NCBI GenBank assembly: GCA_003427395.1 | Contig: BFEA01000017.1 | Span: forward strand, 2,903,565-2,967,564 | Length of the DNA stretch: 64,000 nt | Direction of reading: 5' to 3' | Origin: Chara braunii | Lineage: Eukaryota > Plantae > Charophyceae | Shown: piece after piece, positions 1 through 12,052 of the stretch | Layout: every line of letters starts with the position of its first letter | How positions within the stretch are numbered: the stretch's first letter is position 1 | The notes under the pieces: generated by a model | The model's database searches: none | What the model was told of the DNA's origin: nothing | Seen by the model: only the letters and a program-made list of their open reading frames with translations | Position numbers and translations under genes: made by a program

Positions 1-25
1 AGAAGAAGAAGAAGAAGAAGAAGAA

Positions 26-60
<35 letters not shown>

Positions 61-628
61 GAGGGGGAGGAGGAGGAGGAGACACGAGGCGGAAGAATGA
101 TCGGCGAAGAAGAAGAAGAAGAAGAAGAAGAAGAAGAAGAAGAAGAAGAAGAAGAAGAAGAAGAAGAAAAAGAAGAAGAAGAAGAAGAAGAAGAAGAAGA
201 TGGCGAGCGGAGCAGGTTTTTTTTTTTTCCCTTACCTGTCATTTATCTCGCGACCTATCGCTAATGAATGTAAAAAAAAAGAAGAAAAAGAAGATAGTCG
301 GAAGACGGGGGGGAGGAGAGAAGAATAAGAAGAAGAACATGAGGGGGAGGACGACGACGAGAGATGAAGAAGAAGAAGAATAAGATGAAAAGGGGAGGAG
401 GAGGAGGAGTGAAGAAGCCGTGGAAGAAGAAAAGCGGAAGAGGTATAAGAGGAAGAAGAAGAAGAAGAAGAAGAAGAAGAAGAAGAAGAAGAAGAAGAAG
501 ATGAGAGGGGCAGGAGGAGGAGAGAAGAAGAAGCAGAAAAATGAGCGGAGGATGAGGAGGAGGGAAGAAGAAGAAGAAGAAGAAGAAGAAGAAGAAGAAG
601 AAGAAGAAGAAGAAGAAGAAGAAGAAGA
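1..628. repeat. (AAG)n/(GAT)n/(GAG)n microsatellite block
   Basis: Trinucleotide tracts visible directly; they generate the poly-R/K/E/S/L ORFs. Confidence 0.95.
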
Positions 629-1901
629 ACAGACCGGCACTCCATGTCGACGGGCGGCAGGGGTTGTCGGCAGGCAGGAGCACCATGATCGACGACGCTG
701 GCGACGGGCGACGGGCGACCGGCGACTCGACGACGACGGGCGAGTGAAGCTCCCAGGCGATGGCGACGAGGGGCAGCTACTTCGACGACGGGCGACTCGA
801 CGATGAACGCAGGTGGCTGGAGCAGGTATCGAGGCCCCGTTTGGACAGCCAATGCAGCCTGCCCCAGCCAGTGGCTTGTTCAAACGGGGCCTCCGTTTTC
901 CCTCCAAAAACGAACGGCCCTCTAGCCGTCGATCATGGATGATCGACGGCCAGAGGACCGTCCCAAATTCAAAAAAAAAAAAAGCAGGCCTCACGGGCCC
1001 GATGCGCCGTTTTCTCGGCGTGGTCGGACCCGGTAGGCCCTGGGGAGGCCAAATCTCGCCGATTCGGGGTCGGAAACCCCCCGCCAACAAGGTGTGCTGG
1101 GGGGCCCCGGCCCCCAACTGGGCCGCCCGCCCGGCCAGGCCACCCGGGACCTCCCCCGGGCAGGCGCCGGTCGGCCAGGCGGCCCGGATCCGTACGCAGA
1201 AAAAAAACGCATTAATTCACAAATTCTCAACTGCAAAACTAGGATCAGGCCTTTAGGAGAAATAAAAAACGACCATTTAGCCCTAAAAAACTGGCTAACA
1301 CTACCACCAGCGCAGATCACGTCTCCACCTCACCCCCCTCCAACAATCCATCCCCTGTCACAGTCAAACCTACACATGCATCCCAACTCCCTCACTACAC
1401 ATCACACCGGATAACCCAGTTTCTCCCCACCCACAGTCCCCACACCATCCCTCACTCAACCGCACTTCCCTGGAAAAATAAAAACAAAAAGGTCCAGACA
1501 GCCTTACAGACCCTCCAGCACCCCCCACCTCTCCATTTCCCACCCCACCCAAAATTCATACCACCCCCACTTGGCTGTCCCGCACCTATTACGCTCCTCG
1601 TTTCTCCTAACATCCTTCCCCGACACTATACCCCCCTCCATAAGTAGTTAAGGGATGAGGGTTTAGGGTTTATCGTTGGAAGGATAAGCATCTTGTCAAA
1701 AATAGAAGCCCAAAACACAGTCTAAGGCTAAAGAGCATAGAAAGGTAAGATTAGGGTCTTAGACAAGGGTGCAGGTGAAGGCTGAACTAGCTCTACCAGC
1801 AATACACACAGATCCGACAGCCACACAGCTGAGAGGAAAAGCTAGAGTCAGCCCATATAGAGAGTCCCCAAGTCCAAGAGTACGTCAAGCAGGCTAACTT
1901 A

Positions 1902-2116
1902 GGCAGGGGTGAAGGGTGATACATCCTTCCTTGGGAAGTAATCAATGCCGTCTTTCGGGCCTTCCTACCGTAAGGGGGAGGAGCGTGTGTGAGTACCCAT
2001 TGTAATCATTTCTGACTTGCCGGTGGAATAGGAACCGGACTGATGCTCCCCAGAATGGAAAAGGATCCAGAACCGTAAGGTTCAGTTTTCCAAAAAAAAA
2101 AAAAAAAAAAAAAAAA
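1902..2116 (+). mobile_element. PolyA-tailed retroposon 3' end (SINE or truncated LINE), copy 1
   Basis: About 190 bp followed by an A-run (2092-2116). It is reverse-complement similar to 5837-6037 and 6038-6240, sharing the core gacttgccggtggaataggaaccggactgatgctcccc. Confidence 0.7.
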
Positions 2117-2620
2117 GAATGGACTGGCTGGGGAGATCAGAGGGGGAGCTAGGAGACTCTCTTAGATCTCCAAATTATTTTCCTGATCCTTTTCCCCCAT
2201 CAGAGTTAGCCTTGGGGGATGTGCAATGGTTTTGTGTGGGGGAGGGTTGATTTTGTTACAACAGCAGAGGGAATAGGGAGCAGGGATAGAGTAGCTCGAT
2301 GCTGTGTTAGATCAGGCGGCTCATGAAGGGCCGAAGAGGCGATCACTCTCCCCCTTTATCTCCATCTTCATTCCTATTGACATTTCTGAATTGTATTTGG
2401 GGACACTGCAACCGTTTTCCAGCAGGTGAAGCTCCCCACTAATGGAACGGAGGCACCAGTGAAGTAGATAGAAGTGCATGCTCTTATCATCACTTATACC
2501 TGCAACAGCTGATGTTGTTTGTTAAAAAAAAAAAAAAAAAAAGGGAAAATAAAAACATCAAGAAATTATAAATTCCGCATAAGCCAATCCGTGACACCGT
2601 ACAACCCCTCCCTTCAGACT

Positions 2621-4285
2621 CTACACACTATTGCTGCCGGCACTCCCACTCGGCAGCTGCTCAGGCTCCAACTTACTGATACTCCCTGTGTCTGTTGCCT
2701 TGCCAGTTTTTGCTGATTTCATGTGACTAGCACGACCTCTTGAGCTTCCTTCCGAGTATCCAAGCCCATTCTCTATAGTCATGTTCAACCCTTCTGTCTC
2801 TTGTTCCTTGGAGATCCTCAGCAGATCAAACCGGTGAAGCAGCAAGAAAAGGCTGCCCATCATGACTGACACCCAGACAATGATGCAGAAGAGGCCCACA
2901 AGGTGGGCAGCGAGCAGTTTCCCGCCTCCACCATACAACAGGCCATAGCGACCGTGAATTCCGTACACCTCCTTGACAAACCCTGGTTTTGCAAGGAGTC
3001 CAGTGACGAGCACTCCCCAGGCACCGCACCCAGTGTGAAGTTGTGTGGCCTCCAGCGGGTCATCGATCTCCCACCGCTCCATTGCCATGTTCCCGCCGAT
3101 GAGCACCCAGGCAGCGACAAATCCCGTTAGGATTGCCGCCCAATGCTCCACCACAGCACATCCCGATGTTATTGTGACAAGCCCAGCCAGAAGGCCATTA
3201 CAAACATCTTGCACACTCCAATGGCCTTTCTGCATCTTCTTGACAAAGAGAGTGGTGATGCCTGCTGCTGCACCAGACAACGTGGTGGTGGTTGATACGT
3301 GGCCAACCACGTCGGCAGTTCGGGTAGTGTCCGTTGCTGAACCAGGGTTGAATCCATACCAGCCAAACCAGACAAAGAAGGTTCCTAGGACAACAAGTAC
3401 AACGTTATGGCCTTTTAACTCAGATGGAATGCCTAGTGTCACTGAGCCCTTGGCATCAAAACGGACCCTCTCTGCAGCACCAAACATGCACTCAGAAAGA
3501 CTCATTTGCATTTTGTTGATTTTGGTTAAGTGCGCTCCAAATCGTCCCAAACGAGGGCCCTCAATGAAAGTTCCCCAGAATCCCGCTATGCCTCCGGTGA
3601 CGTGCACAGCCCCACTTCCCCCAAAATCAATCATTCCTGATCCAAACAAGCGTCCACCAACCACTCGGGTTGCTGACAGCCATCCACTAGATGACCAAAC
3701 CCAATGAGCTACAACCGGGTACACAAAAGCTGATAGCAAAGTGGCGTAAATGATGTACGTCATCAACTGGGTCCTTTCTGCAAGTGACCCACTGGGAATC
3801 GCCGCTGCTGCTGCCGCAAAGGCCCATCGGAACATCCACATCTCCTTGCGGCGATAATTGTCCAGGAAAAAGTGGGAACCTCCCATGAAACCGTTGTCAT
3901 CAGGAGCGTCAGAGGAGAGGGCAAAGCCAAAGATGAAGAAAAACATGGCGCTAGATGCAGTAACAGCAATATACGTTAACAAGACGTTCATGGTATTTTT
4001 GGCACGAGTGGAGCCTGCACACAGCATGGCGAAACCGCCCTGCATCAGAAAGATCATGTGCAGCGCTGCGACGAGAGCAAAAGACGTACCTACTGCTTCG
4101 GTAAGGTCTTTGATCGGGCTATTAACCTCAGCCAGCTTCGCTGCGATGGAGTCAATTTCATCACAGAACAGTTCACCAGTTGAGGCAGCACCTCCTCCAG
4201 GTGCCAAGGTATTCTCAAAAAGCCTGGTGAAATTTGGTACAAACGACGATCGACAGGAGGAAACTAACACGGGGCTGCTAGCCAT
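2621..4285 (-). CDS. AMT1: Ammonium transporter, plant AMT1 subfamily (554 aa, intronless)
   Basis: AMT1 motifs GFAMLCAGSTRAKNTMN, SGSLAERTQ, YPVVAHWVW, IDFGGSGAVH, GPRLGRF, WFGWYGFNPGS, DDPLEATQLH and LLRIS are all present, including the twin His and conserved Asp. Start placed at ATG 4285 (MASSP...) because the upstream poly-K of the track ORF comes from a polyA insertion. Two N-terminal Cys resemble those of land-plant AMT1. Confidence 0.95.
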   Translation of the reverse strand: MASSPVLVSSCRSSFVPNFTRLFENTLAPGGGAASTGELFCDEIDSIAAKLAEVNSPIKDLTEAVGTSFALVAALHMIFLMQGGFAMLCAGSTRAKNTMNVLLTYIAVTASSAMFFFIFGFALSSDAPDDNGFMGGSHFFLDNYRRKEMWMFRWAFAAAAAAIPSGSLAERTQLMTYIIYATLLSAFVYPVVAHWVWSSSGWLSATRVVGGRLFGSGMIDFGGSGAVHVTGGIAGFWGTFIEGPRLGRFGAHLTKINKMQMSLSECMFGAAERVRFDAKGSVTLGIPSELKGHNVVLVVLGTFFVWFGWYGFNPGSATDTTRTADVVGHVSTTTTLSGAAAGITTLFVKKMQKGHWSVQDVCNGLLAGLVTITSGCAVVEHWAAILTGFVAAWVLIGGNMAMERWEIDDPLEATQLHTGCGAWGVLVTGLLAKPGFVKEVYGIHGRYGLLYGGGGKLLAAHLVGLFCIIVWVSVMMGSLFLLLHRFDLLRISKEQETEGLNMTIENGLGYSEGSSRGRASHMKSAKTGKATDTGSISKLEPEQLPSGSAGSNSV

Positions 4286-4294
4286 CTTTGCACT

Positions 4295-4332
<38 letters not shown>

Positions 4333-4362
4333 AAACCNCCTCGGATGCATCTTTGCACTCTC
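4283..4362 (-). mobile_element. 50-bp retroposed insertion (20 nt + A30) with a 15-bp TSD that contains the AMT1 ATG
   Basis: catctttgcactctc occurs at 4283-4297 and again at 4348-4362, flanking T30 + aaccaaaaccncctcggatg. Confidence 0.85.
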
Positions 4363-5836
4363 AATATTCAGAATAAGCAAGTGACTACCTGCACAAAAGG
4401 AAACAGAACCAGGCCACCACCAGCACATAAGAGAAAGATATACACTCCATTCACCAGGTGAGCAATTGAGTGTCCATAACAGAACTAAGTAGGTAATACA
4501 TACATCATATATGTATGTAACATAACAGCTTGGCACGTTCATATACCAGTTAGGAAAAACATAGTGCAAGGGACAGTTTCCACCTTTGATGTAGCATAAC
4601 AAAACAGTTTATTATACAATGTATGCAATGGCATTATGGCAATGACCCCCACAAGTGGTCTGAGATTTCTGCAATATCTGAGACTATACTGTCTTTTGAT
4701 CTGTTTTCTGCGTATTCCGAGTCTGAGTCTGTTCTGCTCTGATTTGTTCTGCTTTGTACGTATGCATGTAACCTACCGCTAACGTGTGTGTGTCATGTGC
4801 CTGCCTGATTTCATGTCTGAGTCCGTGTGCTAACTCTGTTGGCTGTGTGTGTGTGGCTGTGCCTCAGGCAGGGACCAGGTAGTAATAGGGATATGGCCAG
4901 GGGCAGGACTGAAAGATAGTGGTAGGACATATTGGGGGTAGTGTATCGCCCAGGAACATAGGGAGACTTTGCTAGAGGCCCGGTAGGGATTTTCCAGTAA
5001 GTCAGTTAGGCCCGGAAGCGTCTGGCAGACGGCCAGTAGGTAATGATGGTCCAGGGCCTGAATATAGGCTGGTAGAACTCTAGGTTTGCATTCAGACTTC
5101 TCTTCGACACACTCAGCGTGCGTACAAACAGATGACGATCAAACCTGGTCCATCAGCGCCCACACAAAACTCAGAGATAAACGAGCCAGGAACACAGTTC
5201 AGATTCAAACTTGTCTGAATGGCTATGGCGCAGATGTGCCAGACAACGAGTCCCACCCGATCAACTGTATCCCCCAGCAACTTATTCGCACACACGCACT
5301 CTGGATCCCCCTGGATGTCCCGCACACACACACACACCCTGCACACAACTCACACTAACCTCCTACCTGGCAGCTATGGCTGCCGTCTACCTCCTACAAC
5401 TACTAACAGGCAGCTATGGCCGCATCTTCCTCCTCTTAGCCCTCTTCATCTCCGGGCACCTGCAGACCTCCGTAGCACAAGTCGCTCAGACAGCGCTTCC
5501 GCATGGCTCACAGGCAGAATGAATGAATGCGTTGACCCTGCCTCTTTATTTATACTTCGGATCGTCGTAGGTCTCCCCCTTGACCCTGGGCCCAGGGTGT
5601 GCGCAGTCCCACATGGTACATGCTGACTGGACAAAGTGCGGCCTGGGACTGGGTACCGTTGACTAGGCTAGGTAGGACTAGGACTGCCGGGCCCCTTTGC
5701 TGACTATGCTAGGACTGCCCCCTGCTGACTCAGACGCGGACTGAGTCCAGGACTTGTGAAAGGCCACTTCCGGAGGTTCCGGAAGGTCGTAGACTTGACC
5801 TTTTGGAACTGTAGCAGCTACGGTCTATACTACTGC

Positions 5837-6037
5837 TTTTTTTTAAAAAAAAACAGAACCTTATGGCTCTGGCTCCTTTTCCATTCCGGGGAGCATCAGT
5901 CCGGTTCCTATTCCACCGGCAAGTCATAGGAAGTACATGAAAGACTCACACATGCACAACCCCTTTACGGTAGGGAAGTCCGAGGGCCGGCATTGATTAC
6001 TTCTCGTCAGAAGGATGTACCAGCCCTCACCCCTGCC
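5837..6037 (-). mobile_element. PolyA-tailed retroposon 3' end, copy 2
   Basis: Reverse-complement similarity to 1902-2090, with a T-run at its left end. Confidence 0.7.
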
Positions 6038-6240
6038 TTTTTTTTTTTTTTTTTTTTTTTTTTATGGTCCTGGTTCCATGTCCATTCTGGGGAGCGTCAG
6101 TCCGGTTCCTTCCCCCGGCAAGTCATAAAATACAGTAATTCACACACCAACGCTTCCTTCCCTCTGGCCGAAGGACCCCTGAACAGCATTGATTGCTCCA
6201 ACCACTTGGAGGATTGACTGTCAGCTTGCCATCCCTCTAG
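6038..6240 (-). mobile_element. PolyA-tailed retroposon 3' end, copy 3 (diverged)
   Basis: A long T-run followed by ccattctggggagcgtcagtccggttcct...ccggcaagtca, matching copy 2. Confidence 0.6.
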
Positions 6241-6949
6241 GAATCCTCTCAGCTATTGCTACCCTTTGCTTTTTTTGGGAGAGTCCTGCTACCATTGATT
6301 ACCCTGGCCTCAGGGGATTGACTAAGCAGGCGGTAGGGGAGGGGGGAACCTCTTCACCTTGGAACCGGCGCCAGATACCTACTGTAACTCACTAGTTCCT
6401 CCCTCCTGTCACTTCCCAAGTCCTGTGCTGACTGCATCACCGCAGAAGACCAGGCCGGTATCAGTACCATGTTGAATTTTCCTAGGGCTGGTAACCGTCA
6501 CATCCATCCATCCCATACCACTGCATTCCTACTGGGCAATTCAATGGGGGGGGGAGGAAGTCGGGAAATACCTCAGGGGGCTTCAATGGTATGGCCGTAT
6601 CTTTTTTTTTTTTTTTTTCAGCGTCCCATATAGAGTTACAGAAGTCATTTCAGATACTGGGACCATTACCCGGCTTCAATTGACTGGGGAGGCTGCTTTG
6701 ACGATCTATGGGGCTAGGATTAGTCTTGGTGGCGAGAACAGGTCAACTATGGCTGTCATTGGTGAGGAGGGTGTAGTCTCTGAGATGTAAAGTCTTGGTA
6801 TAGGGTGTGCTAGGAGGTGCTCTAGGTGAAGAAAGCCAGTGGTGGTGATATAGTATAGTCTTTTAAATCATTATCAGTATACTTTTCTTCACAGTCATCA
6901 CAATCATTTGCTGCAGGTTTTATTAGGCATTCTGGTGTTCTGGCTTTGG

Positions 6950-8800
6950 TCAGCATCTAGCATTCTTTTGCATCTGGGACATAGGATTGAGAGATGGTCG
7001 AACCATGACAGATGTCAGCTGAGCTGTTCTNTTNTGTGCCCCTGGTTTGCTGATGCCAGAANNANGCTGGCCGGAGCTGGGGCNTCGCCCTGTAANCTGA
7101 ANTTGGCGGGGGCATGAGGCCTTGTAGAGAGATCTGGGTTTTGCCGAGGGAGGAAGGCAATTCAGTGGCAAACAGGGGGGGCTGCTATGCGGTGAGAACA
7201 GAACAGCTATGGAGGATATCGGTTAGGCTGGTATTGTCTCTGAGTACAATGTCCTGATACAGGGGGGGTAGGACCTGATCCAAGAGTAGGAGGTCGGAAG
7301 GGCTGATATACTAATCATCATCAGCAGTAATTCTATNAGTATTTACTATCATCATAATCGTAAGCTTCAGAGGTGGGACGCTGAGCCCGGTTCTCAGCAA
7401 GCTGGGTTTGGTTACTCCGGGTAGAATGTGAGGACCCCGGCCTCAATCATCTTATTGATAATATCAGCCTTGGGCACTAGGCCCATTAGTTTAAAAAAAA
7501 GAAAAAAAAAAGAAAAAAAAAAGAGAATCAATCTGAGAAATATTAAGAACTATTGAAGAAATTCAAGAGAATTAAAAAGAGGTTGAAAAAATATGAATGA
7601 CTACTAACCTCTTTTGGAATGCTCAGAACCCTAGACTTCCAAACAAAACTCTCTAAAACTATCCAACACTGTCTTATTCCCTGTGGAACTCCCCCAGGCC
7701 TCACACTCCCACCCGGCTAGGTTACAGAGCAAAACGACTCGCCCCAGATCCAGCCAGCGTCGTCCCAACAGCAACCCTTGGTTGTCCCTTGGAATGCCAA
7801 CCGCAAAGCATCCCCAGATCTCTCTACCAGGCCTCACGCTCCTGCAGTCGGCAACACCCCAGCTCCGGCCAGCATCCTTCTGGCATCGAACAACCGCAGA
7901 TCCATGAATGTGCCAGTATCAAATAGCCTAAAGCGAGTTGATAGAAGTCCCCAGAATCCTAAAGCATTCTCTCTTTTTTTTGGAAGAAACATGGATAACT
8001 CTGGCAGCAAGTCATAAGGAAAGCCAGAGAAGTCCTTCGAATGCTCAGAACCCCCAGAATTCCTGACAAAACCCTGTAGGATTCTCTAACACTGTCTTTT
8101 CCCTGCCGAGCTCTCCCAAGCGTCACGCCCCCACCCTGCTAGGTTACAGGGCAACACGACTCACCCCAGCTCCGGCCAGCATCGTCCCGACAGCAAGCCT
8201 TGGTTGTCCCTTAGAATGCCCGCCGCAAAGCATCCCCATAACTCTCTACCAGGCCTCATGCTCCTGCTATCAACAAGTTATAGGGCAGCGCCCCAGCACC
8301 GGCCAGCATCGTTCTGGCATCGAACCGCCGCAAATCTGTGAAGATAACAGCATCAAAGAAGCCTACAGTGAATGGCAAGAAATCCCCAAATCCTAAAGCA
8401 TTCTCAAGACCACCAGAAGCAACCGAGAAAATCAAACTTACTCATGAAAAAAAAGAACGAATTGGGATTATCTAGAAGCCGATATAACCCAAACCATGTT
8501 GCCCCAGTGCAAATCAACCGACCAGCCTATGGCTGCCTCAACCCTCATATCCTAGATACCAAGCTCTATGAGGCCTCACACGCCCAACCGCTGGGTTACA
8601 GGGCGGCGCGACCCACCCCAACTCCGGCCTACATCGTCCTAATACCAGCTCACGGTTAGCAACTGGACTGCCTTCCACCCTCAGCAGTTTCCCGGATCTC
8701 TCTACCATGCCTATAACCGCCACATAACTCAGGTTACAGGGCAGCGCAACCAAACTCCAGCTTCGGCTAACGTCACTCTGGCATCAGCCAACCCTAAACT
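6950..8800. repeat. Dispersed repeat family with ~130-bp subunits (core ttacagggcaacgccccagctccggccagcatcgttctggcatc)
   Basis: One minus-strand copy at ~6950-7250; plus-strand copies at ~7690-7900, 8120-8340 and 8570-8790. Confidence 0.75.
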
Positions 8801-9236
8801 CTTGGACATGGTGGCGATAACCCACCGTCGGACGATCCGCTGAAACCCACCGCGGCGGCCAAGGTTTCGAAATGCCCGGCTCCCTTCGTGCACCAGTCGC
8901 GCTCGACACACCCAAACCACCTAAGCACTCCCCCTATCCCCCCCCCGACAAGACTTGTCACAGCGGAGCCACCATCTCCGTTGCTGCTATGCCCTATTCC
9001 AGTCCTGCCAACTAGCCCCCTCGCCAGCAGGATGTGTCATATCACTCCAACTACTAACCCCACGTAACCAAATGGCACTCATCCCTACCTATGCGACCCC
9101 AACATGAAGGGGTAAGTTGGAGAGAGAAAAAAAAACTCCACCGCGTTAATCAAAGTATATCGCACGCGACCAGGGCAACAACAAGATACTAGAATACCAC
9201 TCTCAGGCAGGGCAAAATCCTCGCACTTCTGCAATG

Positions 9237-9650
9237 ATAGAAATCGTTGAGTCGAAACTTCAGAAAAAACACATTCATCAATCGATATTAGCAGTGAGAC
9301 CAGAGCTAAAACTCTGATGTACGAAAAACAACTTGAATTATTACTCACGAGTCCTCTGAGAAGCTAAACAGTTGGGAATCATTATTTGAGATCAGAGCCA
9401 AAACTCTGATTTACGATCATCAAATTGAACGAGATCAAATCGAGAATTATTTGGAATTTTTTTGAAAAATAGAAATCGTTGAGTTGATACTTCAGAAAAA
9501 ACGCATTCATCCATCGATATTAGAAGTGAGACCAGAGCTAAAACTCTGATGTATGAAAATCAACTTTTACTCACGAGCCCTTCGAAAAGCTAGACAGTTT
9601 GGAATCATTATTTGAGATCAGAGCCAAAACTCTAATTTACGATTATCAAG
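9237..9650. repeat. ~230-bp tandem duplication
   Basis: atagaaatcgttgag...gagaccagagctaaaactctgatg...gagatcagagccaaaactct starts at ~9237 and again at ~9469. Confidence 0.85.
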
Positions 9651-10449
9651 AAAAATCAAGAATCATGAATTGAAATCATCAATTAAAAGTCAACCTCAGA
9701 ATGAATAGCTTGGGTATCAGAACATTATTAGTAGATTTCGAATTATAAGACAACCACGTCACGTGTGGGCTGAATCCTAATCCAATACAAAGCAGCCTCC
9801 CATCCCTTCTTCCTCAACCAAGCCACTTACTTCACACCCCTCAAACCCAACCCCTGCGTCTTTGGGGAAGGAAGAACTCCCATCCTCCCATGGCTAGCAT
9901 CTAGGCTCAAAGCAAAGCAAGCACCAAGGACATGAATGGCCATCTTCAATCCCCCGAAGAAAATCGAAAATAGTGTGGCACCCCCTCGCCAAACCTGTTG
10001 ACAAGTCGCCACAGGAGGTTAAAAACCACCTAAGCTATACCCATATAGGGAAGGATTTTCAAAAAGCGAGGACGACAAGCCCTAACCTAGTCCAGCGACT
10101 CCACACCCCCCTGCCCATCTGCCCCACCCTCCTCCCCCCTACCTTACCACCCGTGGTTGTTCCCCGTCAGTGCCCAACACCTCCCATCTCCTACCACGCG
10201 CCACCATATCCCACCCCCGACCTCGTCGCCAACTCTCCCATACGTACCCTTCTCTCGCCTTGCGTCCTTGCGTCTTCGCCCACCGCGTCGCCTTGCTCCC
10301 CGGTAGATCCCGCGTCCGCCGCTTCGTCTCCAAAATTGCTCCAGCGGGGGTGCAGCGCTCTTCAAGACTGGTTGAGATCTAGTGTGCATACCATGGTATC
10401 CGTATCAATTTTGGTTCATTCATGGAATATCAATCGGTAATCCCTTACT

Positions 10450-10942
10450 ATTTCTGTTCTCCCTTGGCCCTCCCCAACTTCTTGTTGTGCCCCTTTCCAT
10501 TCCACCTTCCCTATCCTTCCTCCGTTTGTCCCCCGAGCCAGCTTGAGGAAAATTTTTGGATTCTTTGTTTAATGTCCTTTTGTGTATTTAGGGAGTGGAT
10601 CTGTGTTCTGACGTCACCCCCCATTTTGCGGTTACTTCCATTTGGATTTATTGTTGTACACTTTCTGTAAATTCGGGCCCTTCTCGCTCCTTCCATCTCG
10701 TATGTGCAACGTTTTCTCCAAAGTGCCAAGAGTACCGCCCTTCGTCCCAGTTGAACAGGTTGTTGGTAAATTCATCGAGGTGGTCAGCCAGGCCCCTAGG
10801 GCATGCTTCGCACAGTAGGGCCTTCCAGTCCCAGGCTATGTGACACCCGCGGCCTAGGCCGCGGGCGTTTCGGCCGCTGCGGCCGAGATTCTCGCCCGAG
10901 GCCGTGGCCAATGAGGCCCGGTCCGCGGGCTGGTTTTTCAAT

Positions 10943-10984
<42 letters not shown>

Positions 10985-11859
10985 AACATGGGGGTGTAGG
11001 GCTTGGAAAACAATACACTCCTATATATATATTTTTGGAATCCGATTTTGTTTCATATTTTAAAAAAATCAAAAACTAAAATCAATTTAAAGAAAATTAA
11101 AAAAAATAATAATAAAGAAAAGCATGATTTTTTTTCTTGGCATTTGTTATCATGAGATATATGGTCCCCAAGTTGACCTGTATTTTTTTTAAAATGAATT
11201 TCTGTTTTTTTGCAGGGAAATGAGGTGTTTTAAAAAAAATGCAGATGCAAAATTTGAAAACAAATAAATAAAAAAAAGGTTTGATTGATTGATTGATTGA
11301 TTGATTGAATGTGTGTGTGTGTNNNNNNNNNNNNNNNNNNNNNNNNNNNNNNNNNNNNNNNNNNNNNNNNNNNNNNNNNNNNNNNNNNNNNNNNNNNNNN
11401 NNNNNNNNNNNNNNNNNNNNNNNNNNNNNNNNNNNNNNNNNNNNNNNNNNNNNNNNNNNNNNNNNNNNNNNNNNNNNNNNNNNNNNNNNNNNNNNNNNNN
11501 NNNNNNNNNNNNNNNNNNNNNNNNNNNNNNNNNNNNNNNNNNNNNNNNNNNNNNNNNNNNNNNNNNNNNNNNNNNNNNNNNNNNNNNNNNNNNNNNNNNN
11601 NNNNNNNNNNNNNNNNNNNNNNNNNNNNNNNNNNNNNNNNNNNNNNNNNNNNNNNNNNNNNNNNNNNNNNNNNNNNNNNNNNNNNNNNNNNNNNNNNNNN
11701 NNNNNNNNNNNNNNNNNNNNNNNNNNNNNNNNNNNNNNNNNNNNNNNNNNNNNNNNNNNNNNNNNNNNNNNNNNNNNNNNNNNNNNNNNNNNNNNNNNNN
11801 NNNNNNNNNNNNNNNNNNNNNNNNNNNNNNNNNNGAGAGAGAGAGAGAGAGAGAGAGAG

Positions 11860-11893
<34 letters not shown>

Positions 11894-11911
11894 CGGCGGG
11901 GACCCTCCCCC

Positions 11912-11952
<41 letters not shown>

Positions 11953-11957
11953 CCAAG

Positions 11958-11996
<39 letters not shown>

Positions 11997-12017
11997 CCGA
12001 TCAATCAATCAATCAAT

Positions 12018-12052
<35 letters not shown>

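Noticed and set aside
1-1260. Long ORFs in several frames (118-292 aa)
   Set aside because: Products of stop-free microsatellites and GC-rich repeat sequence; no domains.
1658-1672. TTTAGGG telomere-like motif
   Set aside because: Fewer than two full units.
2035-2070. Hammerhead-like ctgatg...gaaa in the retroposon core
   Set aside because: CUGAUGC rather than CUGANGA, and the required stems and cleavage triplet could not be built.
4286-4333. N-terminal MVKKKKKKKKKK extension of AMT1 in the ORF track
   Set aside because: Non-ATG start inside the polyA insertion.
4767-5760. Possible solo LTR upstream of AMT1
   Set aside because: LTR-like composition, but no matching TG..CA ends or TSD found.
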